In this document: positions 47,501 to 57,200 of the stretch, in pieces
How the letters are laid out: the number at the start of each line of letters is the position of its first letter
How positions within the stretch are numbered: position 1 is the stretch's first letter
Source of the DNA: a virus
DNA: 64,000 bases
Direction: 5' to 3' (one strand)
IMG/VR virus record: IMGVR_UViG_3300042197_000820
Span: 32,001 to 96,000 of that record
Made by a program: the position numbers and the translations under genes
Notes under the pieces: model-generated
What the model saw: only the letters and a program-made list of their open reading frames with translations
Database searches by the model: none
What the model was told of the DNA's origin: nothing

Positions 47501-50500
47501 GTCATCTGTTGCAGGAGTTTGTATTAGATCATAACTGTTTATCTCATCTGGTAGCGATTGTTCAGCAAAGTTTATATATTCTTTGCTTATAACTGTACTA
47601 TCTGATGCTGGGAAGTTACTTGCTTTTCCGCTGTATATAACATTAGTTATATCCGAAATCTGACCAAAAAGTGATTTAGAGTAAGAACCTGATGAGATAT
47701 CGAATACTGAAAACTCTCCAGATGTATCCGAGCCAGTAACAGAAGCAAAATCCCAATGTAAAGCTAGAGTTTCTATCTGCGGAACATATGTACCTGACAC
47801 CACTGACTGATTCAAAAATGCATTTCTTGCAGCATTTGGCATACCATAAGAAATAGGGTTTTGTGCGTGAAAGTCAATCGTATCGCTGTCTAAAGGATAC
47901 AACCAATGTCTTAACGAACCGATTCTGACATCTGTTTTTACGTCTGCTGAGCCTGTTATATTGTTCCTGTGTGCGCCCGCGTAAAATCTCTTTGGAGTAG
48001 AAGATAGTGTTTTACCTTGATCATAAGTTAAAGATTGAGTTAAATAGAATGAATCTATAACTATATCTAGTTCTTTATTAACTCCATAAAACTCAAGTGT
48101 GTATGTACCACTTACACTACCAGTTATCCCTTCGGCATGTAGGAACTTGTCTGGTCTTAAAGTGATAGCAAAATTCCATTTTTTATTGTCATAAACGGAA
48201 TAAAAAATGCTGCTTGTTAAATATACGTTTGTTGTTCCACCGATTGTACCAGTCAATATAAAAGAAGCATCAACCGATTCTGTGTTTGTTCTTGAACTAT
48301 AAACTTTCAGATTCGTTTCATTTGCAGGAAAAGTGAAATCTGTCGGTGCTGCTGTATTAGCTTGGTGAAAACCAACTATAGAAGATGTGGTATGCAGAGT
48401 AAAGAAATATCCCGCATCTGCAAACTTTGGTTTCTTTGGAAATATAGCTTCTGTTTCAGTTGTAAAACCAACTTCTCTTAAGTTAAAAGTAGTTAGATTT
48501 CCCGAAACATAGGAGTTGTTTCCCGGAGTATGATGAATACTAGCATCAAAGTAGGCTGGATTGTGGAAGTTAACAAACTTCTTTCCTATCGATGGGAAAT
48601 CATATCGATTATCGTACTTATATCTTGTATTGTTTGGATATATTGAAATATTAACAAGATCGTCATCTACACCAAAGTTTCTTATTAAGTTTCTAAAAGA
48701 CTTCTGTGTACCCTTTGACTTGTAGATGTAGACCAAGTTGTTGTATACATTCTGATATACTTGATTTTTAATGTCTGTTAGTTCTTCTTCAAATACTTTC
48801 TGAGAGTCTGTGTTCAGAATCTTCTCGTATAGCTTAGCATTTTCGAAAATATTTGGACTGACAAATCCCTGATTTGCCAGAAGTTCCGAGGAGAATGGTA
48901 TCGGTTTCCCGTAACTTGCGCTAATGTATTCCTTATTTTTGAGCTTATTTAGCGAATCTATGGATAGATACATTTCATCTAGTTGATAAGCCATTATCTG
49001 TGTTAGATTGAAAAGATTACCATTGTAAGTACCCTCAGAATCTGTAGCACGATCCTCGTCTATAATCCAAGAGGGCATAGAACCGTATAGAGATGAAATA
49101 TTTTGGCTATCATGCTCGCTTCCAGAAGCCAATAGCTCTTCTCTAAGAGAAACAACGCTTGGATGTGTTTCTCTAATGACTGGATCTAGGTACTCATAGT
49201 TTGTTGCATTTGACAGAACCATAGCAGAGCCGGTAGATCTTGCAGATGTACCGGGGTATCCGTACCAGATACCATTGCTAATACGTCCAGAGTAGTCCAA
49301 CACTGTTGAATCGATGGAAGTGTCTCCGACTATACCCTCGTTAAACTTATAATAGACACCTAGTTCGGTATTAGAGATATCAGTGTTTGTACCACCGCCA
49401 ACTTGTGTTCTATAGTAGAAACTTATCTCCTTTTCATCGCGGACTGATTTCCAGTACCTGAACTCGTCTAAAGACGCGGATAGTTTTCCGTATCCTGTCA
49501 TATTGATACCGTGATAAGTACTACCAGATGGACTTGTCTTTAAGGCACCAATAGATGCTACCATCGCACCATCTACAGTATTCATTGCTTTACCAGCAAA
49601 TGTACTCAAATATTCACGGCTACCATTTACATATGCCTTAACTGCCAAATCACTTCCGGTATTCTGGAATGTAAAAGCATAGTGTCTCCAAGTATTGTCA
49701 CTAAGACTTGAAGTTGTAAAGTTTGTTATAGAGATGGTCTGGTTGATACTGACTGACCCAGAGGACATCTCAAAATAGAAAGTCGATAATCCATCGGCAG
49801 AACCAGTAAGACCTAACAGAAGTCTTCCATATCCAGAACTAGAAGATACCTCGCTATTCCATAAATCGAATATTACCTCTTTTTCATTTGAAGTGGTAGA
49901 ATATCCGCTCTTCTTTAACCAGAACTCTACAGTTGCACCGTATGAAGGATTGATAAGGAGGTTGTTAGTCCTTGTACCCGTTCTTCCATCAGGTAGTCTA
50001 GAAGCTGTTGCGTAAACATCCGTCTGATATTTGTTGGCATCATCAAATGTTTCTGCCAAGGGATTCCCTATCATACCTTGAGAAGCGGTGTGCGGTCCTC
50101 CAAATAAATAAATATATTCTTTGGAGGTTGGGTTACCGTAGCCTCCTACTTTTCCACCACTAAAGTTGTAGTTGTTGGTAGATAGAGTAATAAAACCGTT
50201 ATATCTTGGATATCTTTTATCTAGTAAATAAAGTTCTAGATAAGTACATTTTTCTAGGTATTCATTAAGTTCTTTCTTGGAGCCGTCGTATGGGAACTCA
50301 TTTAAAATATTAGTTATTGATGAAGAGTAATAGTTTTCAGCAGATCCAAACTTCACAAAGTTTTTTGGATCTGAGAAATCACTAAGCGGAACAAATCTCT
50401 GGGTAGCTCGATATTTTGCGGCGATATTATCATACGACTCAGCATACAGATATATATCGCTGCTATTGGTATCGGTTACAGGTACTGTGTTCTTTTTTTG

Positions 50501-50527
50501 GAGTTCGAATAAATCTTTGATGCTCAT
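41528..50527 (-). CDS. Giant baseplate wedge/adhesin (T4 gp7 / P2 gpI-like core) with LamG-like domains
   Basis: 2999 aa. LamG-like TVEFWLK...WRHYAFT...YVNG...SLDEFRYW...YYKFNEG, wedge-type YKSKGTQKSFRNLIRNFG, and a second LamG-like unit (WNFAITL...SLRHW). Confidence 0.7.
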   Translation of the reverse strand: MSIKDLFELQKKNTVPVTDTNSSDIYLYAESYDNIAAKYRATQRFVPLSDFSDPKNFVKFGSAENYYSSSITNILNEFPYDGSKKELNEYLEKCTYLELYLLDKRYPRYNGFITLSTNNYNFSGGKVGGYGNPTSKEYIYLFGGPHTASQGMIGNPLAETFDDANKYQTDVYATASRLPDGRTGTRTNNLLINPSYGATVEFWLKKSGYSTTSNEKEVIFDLWNSEVSSSSGYGRLLLGLTGSADGLSTFYFEMSSGSVSINQTISITNFTTSSLSDNTWRHYAFTFQNTGSDLAVKAYVNGSREYLSTFAGKAMNTVDGAMVASIGALKTSPSGSTYHGINMTGYGKLSASLDEFRYWKSVRDEKEISFYYRTQVGGGTNTDISNTELGVYYKFNEGIVGDTSIDSTVLDYSGRISNGIWYGYPGTSARSTGSAMVLSNATNYEYLDPVIRETHPSVVSLREELLASGSEHDSQNISSLYGSMPSWIIDEDRATDSEGTYNGNLFNLTQIMAYQLDEMYLSIDSLNKLKNKEYISASYGKPIPFSSELLANQGFVSPNIFENAKLYEKILNTDSQKVFEEELTDIKNQVYQNVYNNLVYIYKSKGTQKSFRNLIRNFGVDDDLVNISIYPNNTRYKYDNRYDFPSIGKKFVNFHNPAYFDASIHHTPGNNSYVSGNLTTFNLREVGFTTETEAIFPKKPKFADAGYFFTLHTTSSIVGFHQANTAAPTDFTFPANETNLKVYSSRTNTESVDASFILTGTIGGTTNVYLTSSIFYSVYDNKKWNFAITLRPDKFLHAEGITGSVSGTYTLEFYGVNKELDIVIDSFYLTQSLTYDQGKTLSSTPKRFYAGAHRNNITGSADVKTDVRIGSLRHWLYPLDSDTIDFHAQNPISYGMPNAARNAFLNQSVVSGTYVPQIETLALHWDFASVTGSDTSGEFSVFDISSGSYSKSLFGQISDITNVIYSGKASNFPASDSTVISKEYINFAEQSLPDEINSYDLIQTPATDDETFTKEILPVNYYFSFEKSPFRNVSKDMLNMFSSLKELNNLYHQPAQRYREEHKELNNLRELYFRKIGNIIDVDRYFSYYRWIDQSLSEMLRQLVPITADAGDRVTNVIESHILERNHYKYNYPLLKYKNRNYEGRVFGIAEMLYPWNRGYHPIANVENENCYWWNRRAERNGTVITSGNSVIDAQRENIRRTVTTHTSGSGPLLAKPDGTAYYGSDYSVRRFTQLYNFDMSLDSKFSQVVEQVLFVGLNAPKGFVTKVWKAIVASLSGATLVLDNFEEQEDCKDISTIKLLEPVKTPIELKKVRMKFRATFGTTQIGAYSVLPFTFMSASSGVPNTGYQAQLIAGFGTGKRFDIVGHHSDVYDMDFEVPMQGPFTERYVGGHAHRHVELNQYDSNTRPEAYDMNLTSGIITITNRDITKPRTTVSRDGMAKRPVNLANIAHSTGSTSTVAGNYNLALDIVSTTGRSENDLSFNDTPFNASTVGSWAVSGTSDYTKLARTTNKNVIVQRFSAPGDPATMGDNLGGPGLDAAHGEYSVYNALPFRNLSVRLPLRTFLTTRSEINGLTSGSIPVVADYSGTASFHGVYRNKLGVLEQTDSSYFSSSISDNYFVQHQIPRNDLHYSWITDAAITYNSFPVTTAGEVPSGFVAVDGKYSSSLGVNSAITFVTASSIVSYATTSTGKNVFGFIDGVTTGYSVVANSQLRTGFNGMTTNIVDPFDLDTMTLGLDTTASVNNYINPSLVPTSINTNNAYILNSIIATRGGKFAKSSWYQVRHGDKKYIKKLKSTNTISHTVDDVELLTTVISDTLGTQIIKKLPKTYTFIEPCVELDNKPFSMLFTAGSDNTNLIINLSVNNEVSHFTNEQLNSILNIRNENSDKVKQIRSFLESNKNIDLRNVLFADMVYPSSAYQSLDIIRKRINFDNNFWRSSRTDRNIKGFATKKAMVTNGSLTAISQSSWALDASTNFETVSSLTFGITNAQGADYREGILQNNYYLVHTGTTDSKASLRLAPLYSRKHFLGSAFSFTPTLSVTNTTTGSLGNLGSFPDAYPLGNATIFGGVTKWEANNKSGYFNNNGEFVEQPTDPFYDTYGGFAEDLRPHNQSYSILPEFRISNFIDYYVNKKQGNFLSENLGMFDIFGVCAITSSATVASSSLDTDFYKVYATSDLFENLEETLNELKGIVEPESIKLKFKGLKKFIPYDGFYPSERTVDLAFQFSKSYGSFIQSRGSDTGSLTSGADNIKLRPLYTPLFAPGILYNTIKSGIAVDYPIYTASFDKVQIQNADLTGAPGTPSETVASTGSYTEYYLLGTGSGGMNGFDLRIPFEAIYDPKSYLKDVRFVDMEPHPSASLVLSASWDGNGDDLYELMANNFLAEVVDFYLDKGEMASLVSDPQSKFTGFTPGTYYSMRVRLRRSTNVPRIFSNNYPTPQNSFTQTDLRESLTMYSRPSAFGPPMAARKYVDTGSYTSSARPDSLFAYDLAFTPPYYDGEAWADIIFTASQTTHTLDDIFGDSRVVCWRVDSGSDWVRGNLYDNHPYGEYANRFAMQLTSSINLFSKVPVKSVDFDANGNPTTIKEDKSSNDHIWVIQPKFETPVLNFTSSIGTQSLTLPTVASESVAVGMWHQFGVVPDSPDKGIFLEVSPIENVWINNRLKESMPTAIKNIYGASSQMASLLDIVKFRKKSTRVGDIGKSKTVYEAVVAVPFVESQGKRKFFELNRPVAVEARKMADNPSYKPSIPVEPGKSLIDLYRKMRKYVFPPTFDFYNYEENDLNYAPISMYVFEFSHTFSQNDLVKMWQNIAPEIGNKVEFSESTISHDLSGYEILDAFRATEGNANANLKWLVFKVKQRAKTNFEDKQLGKRSNPDPRFTSFRTQVGNRSNAVQERYSYNWPYDNFSLIEFGKMDFEVIAKPSIPIGGLVGQGIGITGIGVNPNISSTTTVAVAPTAPSVQNTTLLTPTSAQVPQQFQTTTNQTIGQTTQPNITLTPKTRTR

Positions 50528-50529
50528 TA

Positions 50530-51990
50530 CTACTCTACTCTAAACTTGAAAGTCTCGGGTTGTTCAACATAAGATCCGATAGATCCGTTGTAATAAGAGA
50601 ACTTTATAGCATAACTATAACCGGCTTCAAAAAGATTCGTATCTAAATCAAAATAGTTTCCTTCTGAGTCGTAGGAAAGTGCCGTATGTTGTGTGCTGCC
50701 TGTTCCGTAAGCTATTACGTCCAGATCGTCTATAACGCGATAAACCTTATATGAACCGCTTTCTACAATGGAGGCAACAGGTGTTGCTGTCGCAACCGTA
50801 TAGACTGTAGGAGTCCAGTTTCTAGGTCTTGCGTAAACTCTAAATCTTTCTGTTTGCCCCCTTGTATAAGTAGGTTTGAGATTTGTTATTTGAGTAGTAA
50901 ACTGTTCTGCATTGGCCGAAGATTCTCCAGCCAGAACTTGTGGTTCTATTGAACCTGTGAAGTATTGGGTAGTTAGATTTCCGTTGTGCCATACGTCGAA
51001 AATCGTTTCTAATGGGGTTGTGGCAGCGGTTAGTGCAAAGCTAGCCGAGTAGATACCCGTAGACACCCAGCCGCCTGTAACAACCGTTGGAGAGCCTGCT
51101 GTAACGCTTATTCCATCAGCCACAAGGGTCAATGCCGAGGCGGTCGGAACGGTCGAACCAGAGAAAACCGATACATAGACGTTACCCGTTCCAACGGCTG
51201 GAATATTCCTGAGAATACCACGATGGTAGTTATAAAAGTAGATTGTATTTAGATTTTCGGCTGCGGTAGACAAAGAACTACTGTAGAAGAAGTTAGCTCT
51301 TTTATCTTTTTTAGCACTATTGAAGCGTGCTTCGATTACTGGTCTTCTGAAGAAGAACTCTGACGATCTTGCAAAAAACCTTTTAGTGTAAAGAGAAGTA
51401 GTCGGCGCGCTCTCGGCAGAACCAGAGATCTTTATAAGTAATCCATCATTTGGTTTCGTACCAGCTAACCATTGTTCCACTATATCACTAACATTTACTA
51501 GTAGATCTTCGGTCCCATCAGTTCCGAAAGATTGAGTGAATACTGGAGTAGAGTAATAATCTCCCCCTTCGGATACCCACCCAGCCGTCGCACTGGCACT
51601 AATCCAGTTAGAAACATCTGAGTCTGAGTAGTCATCTAAATCTAATCCTCGGCCTTCTGTCCAAGAACCGCTAACTGCTCTTATTTCTAGATCATAGTTT
51701 CTTGGTACCGAGTAAGCGTGGGCTGCATTAGTCATTTTAAGATAAAAAGAAACGTTTCCAGAAGCAGCTAATAAACCAGATGATCTATCTGTTGTCATCT
51801 GATTAGTATCGAACTGTATTAGCATTCTGCTTTTTTCTATAGAAGAACTAGAAGCCTGTCCATAAATAACAAAAGTCTCCAAGACATCTGCGAGTCCTGT
51901 ATTAGAACCAGTTGCCCTCGTTATCAAATCGCCCTTAAAAGCGTTTGATATTGTATTATCTTTTGTAGCATTGTAACGTTTTATGGCCAT
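50530..51990 (-). CDS. Baseplate-associated beta-sandwich protein (DNRLRE-like N-terminal domain)
   Basis: KDNTIS...SRMLIQFD...SWTEG.G...W...GGDY...NVSDIVEQWL.G..PNDGLLIK...RPVIE pattern. Downstream of the gp6-like gene. Confidence 0.65.
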   Translation of the reverse strand: MAIKRYNATKDNTISNAFKGDLITRATGSNTGLADVLETFVIYGQASSSSIEKSRMLIQFDTNQMTTDRSSGLLAASGNVSFYLKMTNAAHAYSVPRNYDLEIRAVSGSWTEGRGLDLDDYSDSDVSNWISASATAGWVSEGGDYYSTPVFTQSFGTDGTEDLLVNVSDIVEQWLAGTKPNDGLLIKISGSAESAPTTSLYTKRFFARSSEFFFRRPVIEARFNSAKKDKRANFFYSSSLSTAAENLNTIYFYNYHRGILRNIPAVGTGNVYVSVFSGSTVPTASALTLVADGISVTAGSPTVVTGGWVSTGIYSASFALTAATTPLETIFDVWHNGNLTTQYFTGSIEPQVLAGESSANAEQFTTQITNLKPTYTRGQTERFRVYARPRNWTPTVYTVATATPVASIVESGSYKVYRVIDDLDVIAYGTGSTQHTALSYDSEGNYFDLDTNLFEAGYSYAIKFSYYNGSIGSYVEQPETFKFRVE

Positions 51991-53801
51991 TATTCAACAA
52001 CTCCTACTAAATCTAGATCAGAATATTTTAGTTCCATACATACATTCTTCGGAACTATCAAATAAGTTCCGTCTGGAGATAAAGCTGAGTTAAAATCAAA
52101 ACTATTTGATGAGTAATAGCCGTCAACTCTTGGTACTATTTTGACTTTTTTAGAATCTATAACTCCCCTTACTTGCTTGTTTAAAACAGAATAAACTTCA
52201 GAGATAGAAATCATCTGTCCAAAATAGCCGGGTCTTGCAAAATGTTGTGCTAGTTTTGTTTTGGCATCAGCTAAAACTTGTTGTTTATCATAGATTTTGT
52301 CTACTAAAATAGTAAACTCTACACCATAGTTTACGACGATACCATCAAGTATATCAATGGTGTCGTGCATCATCTTATATCTATTCAGCCAGTTTTTAAG
52401 ATTTTCTTTTAAAATACCCGTTGCTAACTCTAGTTTCCCATTGATATCGCTGGCAAGGACAAAGAGGTTGATATTTCTTTTAAACGAGTTTGAATCTTTA
52501 TATGCAGCGGCGCGAGCAATAGAACCAAACTTAGCTGGCATTGCATACGAAACAGATTCTAAATCTTGTTGAGTTACCGCCCTATGTTGTGTGGCAAAAT
52601 AAGAACTAGATCTTGCTCTTATTTCGTCGGTGGTCATGAGTGTGCTTTGTCCAACAATCGGCTCTTCATTTACGAGTTCTACGCTACTCCTGATCGTTCT
52701 TACCACATCGGATGCTAGTGAAGGTTCATCTGTGAACTCTAGTATTGCATCGACTACTCTCGTTAAACGACCCACTGGTACGTTGACAGTATCACTTTCA
52801 TTGTATCTATAGGTTATTGTTAGAGTAGTGTCAGAAGGAGATACACCGAGTTTATCGGAAAGCATCAGTTTATTTGGATCAAATCCTTGTTCTGTTTCGT
52901 AATCACGGCCATATCTATTCAGTAAAACACTATTGGGTTCGGCATAACTTGGATTATTTAGTGTGTCTTCGGAACCAAAACCAAACTGTAAGTATGGAAC
53001 TCCCTCTCTAGTCATCTCAAATGTGAATCTTCTTGGGACTGAGAAAGGTCTTAAGATTGATGGAACTACTGTTTTATCGATCCCTTTATTCTCTATCTCT
53101 CTATATACTACATTTTGTGTCAGATAATCTACTTCGTAATATTCATGGCCCTCATTATCAAGAACCTGTATTATTTCATTAATGTTACGTCCGCTTAACG
53201 ATACTCGTTTAAACTTCTCAAAAGATCCAACTTGAACTATTTCTGTTCCCAATCTGCCAGAGATAACTTTACCAGATTTTCTCAAAGCATAATAGGTTGG
53301 TATACCAGTAACTGTATTTATTCTGGCTGGTACTATATCTGTGTCTGGTGTATCAAATCTAACATCGTCTAACAAAGTAAATGTTGCGTTAGTGGCACTA
53401 CTAAATACGGAGTTTTTCTTTAGTATTGGAAAATAAGATCTGTCTGGGCCACTCAAGGGAGAAGTTGAGTTAGCAGGTATCAAAACATAAAAAACTGCCA
53501 ATCCAGATGAACTTGATGGTCCCTTAAACTTGAAACCGTTCTGTTCAGCTAGTTTCTTGACATTATTATATTCTACAGCAGTTGACAAAAAAGATTCATT
53601 AGCTTGATAGTCTAGGTAAAATGATAAAATATCTCCAACATAGGATACACTGTCTAGCATCAAAGCACCAAAGCTAGCATCGCTAAAGTCTTTGAACGAA
53701 TCTGGGTAGTATCTCCTTGCGAACTCAACCAAATCAGTTTTGATTGTTTGGAAATCTCTGGAACTGTATTTGATTAATGGTCTTTTAGGATTACTACTCA
53801 T
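51990..53801 (-). CDS. Baseplate wedge protein (T4 gp6 / P2 gpJ-like)
   Basis: YSSRDFQTIK.DL, DFSDASFG, SYVGDILSFYLD.QANESFL.TA, LQFGFG, Q.RAVT.QD. Confidence 0.9.
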   Translation of the reverse strand: MSSNPKRPLIKYSSRDFQTIKTDLVEFARRYYPDSFKDFSDASFGALMLDSVSYVGDILSFYLDYQANESFLSTAVEYNNVKKLAEQNGFKFKGPSSSSGLAVFYVLIPANSTSPLSGPDRSYFPILKKNSVFSSATNATFTLLDDVRFDTPDTDIVPARINTVTGIPTYYALRKSGKVISGRLGTEIVQVGSFEKFKRVSLSGRNINEIIQVLDNEGHEYYEVDYLTQNVVYREIENKGIDKTVVPSILRPFSVPRRFTFEMTREGVPYLQFGFGSEDTLNNPSYAEPNSVLLNRYGRDYETEQGFDPNKLMLSDKLGVSPSDTTLTITYRYNESDTVNVPVGRLTRVVDAILEFTDEPSLASDVVRTIRSSVELVNEEPIVGQSTLMTTDEIRARSSSYFATQHRAVTQQDLESVSYAMPAKFGSIARAAAYKDSNSFKRNINLFVLASDINGKLELATGILKENLKNWLNRYKMMHDTIDILDGIVVNYGVEFTILVDKIYDKQQVLADAKTKLAQHFARPGYFGQMISISEVYSVLNKQVRGVIDSKKVKIVPRVDGYYSSNSFDFNSALSPDGTYLIVPKNVCMELKYSDLDLVGVVE

Positions 53802-53837
53802 TTAACACCGCCTTATTAAATAGATGATTTTAGATTT

Positions 53838-54209
53838 TTATACTGTTATCTCTATTGATTGATTTGTAGAAGAACCAATATTGTAAATCATTTTTACTCG
53901 TATGGCATTATTATTAACTAAGTCGTCAGACACAGTTAACGAGACAATAGATACCGCAGGTATGTATGTATTCATCTGCGACAGAATCCTCTCTCTAATA
54001 GTACTTTTTACTGATGCTGAGAGTGGTTCGTGCAAGTAGTTTCTCAAACCTACACCGAATCTTGCATCCATCATTCTCTCACCGGGACTAGTCAAAAATA
54101 ACATTTTTATATTCTGCTTTACAACAGTATTGATGTTTTTATTTAACGCAAATGCTCCGTCTAGATCTGAAAGAGTTAGTGGTAACTTTGGAGAATAGCC
54201 TTCTGCCAT
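53838..54209 (-). CDS. Baseplate wedge / sheath initiator (T4 gp25-like)
   Basis: VKQNIKMLFLTSPGERMMD..FGVGL..YL.EP motif. Confidence 0.9.
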   Translation of the reverse strand: MAEGYSPKLPLTLSDLDGAFALNKNINTVVKQNIKMLFLTSPGERMMDARFGVGLRNYLHEPLSASVKSTIRERILSQMNTYIPAVSIVSLTVSDDLVNNNAIRVKMIYNIGSSTNQSIEITV

Positions 54210-54225
54210 TATAAATCCTCTAGAA

Positions 54226-54233
54226 TAAGTAGT
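54226..54233 (-). promoter_or_regulatory. ACTACTTA putative late promoter motif
   Basis: Intergenic, 16 nt before the gp25-like ATG, followed by GAGGA SD. Confidence 0.6.
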
Positions 54234-54238
54234 TATGA

Positions 54239-57200
54239 TTAGCCGTTGTTGGCTGAACCGTTCCCATTAGTTGGATCTGGTACTAGCCTCTTAGAGTTAC
54301 CTGTGCCTATAATATCAATCAAGTCTCCAAGTCCCTCCCTATCCTGTGGTCTTATACGATTTGCGGCCAAAATATCATTCTGTATATCGGATATCATAAC
54401 CAAAGTTTCCTTTGTAATATTACGAATACCAAATGTTTTTGTTTGCTCGATCAACTCTGTTGTTATCATTTCTTCATTTTCATCTCCTTCGCCTCGGTAG
54501 TTGAGGTCAAAAGAGTTATAAGAAGAATAGAACACTTTTCTCAAAGTTGTATAGAAAGGAAGTAATATGTCTTTTTCTTTCCTAGGGAAAACTTTGTTAT
54601 TTACACGACCAATACCGCCCCAATCAATAGCAGAACCAATAGAGGGAGTGAAAGCTTTTGTTGCATATATCGCACTCAAAGAAGCAAAATACCGTAATGG
54701 TATAGCATAATCAAACATCTTCTTATAATCTTCGGAACAAATCATTTCATTGAATAGCCTAACATCTAGTTGTCTTGTAAGCGGGGAATGATCGATCCAA
54801 GATTTCTTATCTGACCCCTTGCTAAGCTCTCTGCCCAAGCTATCTGGGCTTATAATATTAGAGGTTACAGCACTAGTAAGAGAAGTATCATTATTAAGAT
54901 TACTAATATAGGAATCGTATATGTTCTTAAGATCTGCAAATGTCCAATCTACTTCTATTTCGTTCTTAAAAATCGGAATGCCATATCCGGTTTCTTTACT
55001 AAAAGCCTTAAGATATCTTACTTTATCAGCAATAGGAATACCATCACTCAAAGATTGTAAATAGGTAACGTCTTCTGACGAAGGACTAGCTGTATAAACC
55101 TCTCTTACAACTGCATCTTGCATATACCTGTGGAACCCTTCTTCAAACGTAATATCAGAATCTGGCTGCATTAGCAACATTCTAACACCATATCTAAAAG
55201 TTCCAAACTTGAAGAATAGTTTAGCCGACATACTCATTGCATTTGATGTGGAAGATGAGATCTGTTCCAATGAATCAAAGAAACCGCTACTGCCTAACCA
55301 ATATATAAATGTACTTAAGCTGCTTGGACCACTGAACACTCCTTCTGTTAGCGGAGTAGCAGCAATACCATATCTACTTCCTAAGAAGTTGTATAACGCT
55401 ATATCTATTAGTTGTTTAACCTGTGAAAATAGTGGGCTAGTTTGACTAGGCATCTCAGTTAAAGGCTCAAGATTTATGTAGTGTTCTAAGGTTATTGGTA
55501 GAGGAGTTTGGCTGAAAACAAGAGGCATGTTGGTCGCACTCTCACCACCGATTATGTAGTTGTCAGTTCCTAGTTTCTGGAACTCTGCACCGTCAGTGGC
55601 CATAACCTTGTATTTCTTTAGTTTACTTTCAGGAGCCATATTACCCGTACTACTCTCAACGTTTAAAGAAACTCCTTGATTGTCCTCTATTCTTTTAATA
55701 ACGTTTTCTAGATTCTGAGAATATTGAAAAACAATCATGTCTTCGAATAACTTTCGGTCTATTGCCTTAGTGTCCTCTGGGGATAAAATGAAATCATTAC
55801 TAAGTCTATTTCTCTTTTCTAACTCAATACCATTTATAATCTTTGGAGTTAAAAACTCTGGATTGAACTTTAGGTAGTCTACATCAGTAAGTTCCGACTG
55901 GTTCTTCAGGTATTCTCTTACTGTTGTACGAATCTGTAAATCTGATGGGTCATTGAAGTTGAAGTTTGGAGTGTAAACCGGTTCTTTCGGATCGCTATTC
56001 AATCTGCAAGTATCATCTGGATGTGGTTGCTTATTATACAGTCTGTTGAAGAAGAAACCATTTAGATTCCTATCGTTATTAGCTTCCTCAGTACCATAAA
56101 GATAAGAATAGTTTAAATCACTGGTAAGCAGATTGCCTACCGAATATAAGAATGCTGGGTGGTGGGAGTACACATTTCGTAAATGTGATGTCTTATCGGA
56201 GGCTGCTAGATCTTCGCCATTTTGAACAAACGGACCACCATTGACAGGAGTTGCTATAATATTTGATTCTTTTACTAAAGTAGGATTCAAAATGCTCAGT
56301 TGTTGAGATATTCTTTCTAACTCAGTTTTAAATCTTCTTCTAAGCAAGAGATCAAACAATGATTCACAGTCCTGCATTATGAGATTCCAATACTGCTTTT
56401 GTAAAGAAATCTGTGTTTCTCTTCTTTGTTTAGCAGTATTAAGAGTGTTGTTCATTCCTCTGAAACTTCCTTGCGTGTTAACAAGACCAGTTGTTATAGT
56501 TCCTAGAGGATATCCCGGTGTTTCAAACTTACCTATTTCTTCAAATGCATTAAAATATGCCTTCTCGGCATCTGTCAAACCACTATCAGGTAATCCAGAT
56601 TTCCAAATATTTGCTTTCCTAAGTATTTGGCTAAGTATTTGTTGTTCGGATTGTGAGAGTTCTAAATCTTTTGCGTCTTTTCTTCTAAGCATGATAGTGA
56701 CATAAATCTCCATTATCATGTAGAAAAATCTCTTATTTTTACTAAGTTCTGTGGCTTGTCTAGGTCCAGCTTCAACGGCATAATCCTTGAATCTTTGCAC
56801 CAGAAAGTCATAATATACATTATCAAATATATTATCATTTACTACAACACTGTTCATAAACGAAAATGCTTTATAATAATGCTCAAAACAAAATACTCTT
56901 ATCATCATATCGATAAGACCGGACATGCTAACCATAGATGATTTTTTTACGATTAAATCAAATGGAACTTGATTACTGTAGTCTTTTGATTGCCTAGTTT
57001 CTTCTTTTATCTTCGTGTAAAGTCTAGCAGCTTCATTGGCGATACCAGCGAAATCAGGCACCGGATTTTTAGGTGGATTGGAAGTCTCGTTAGATTCTCT
57101 AGTATAGAGATTATATAATCCATTCCAATCATCAGTTAGTTTCTTATATACATAAAAACTAGGACTGTCTTCGGTACCACCAAATCTTGTAGGATCTACA

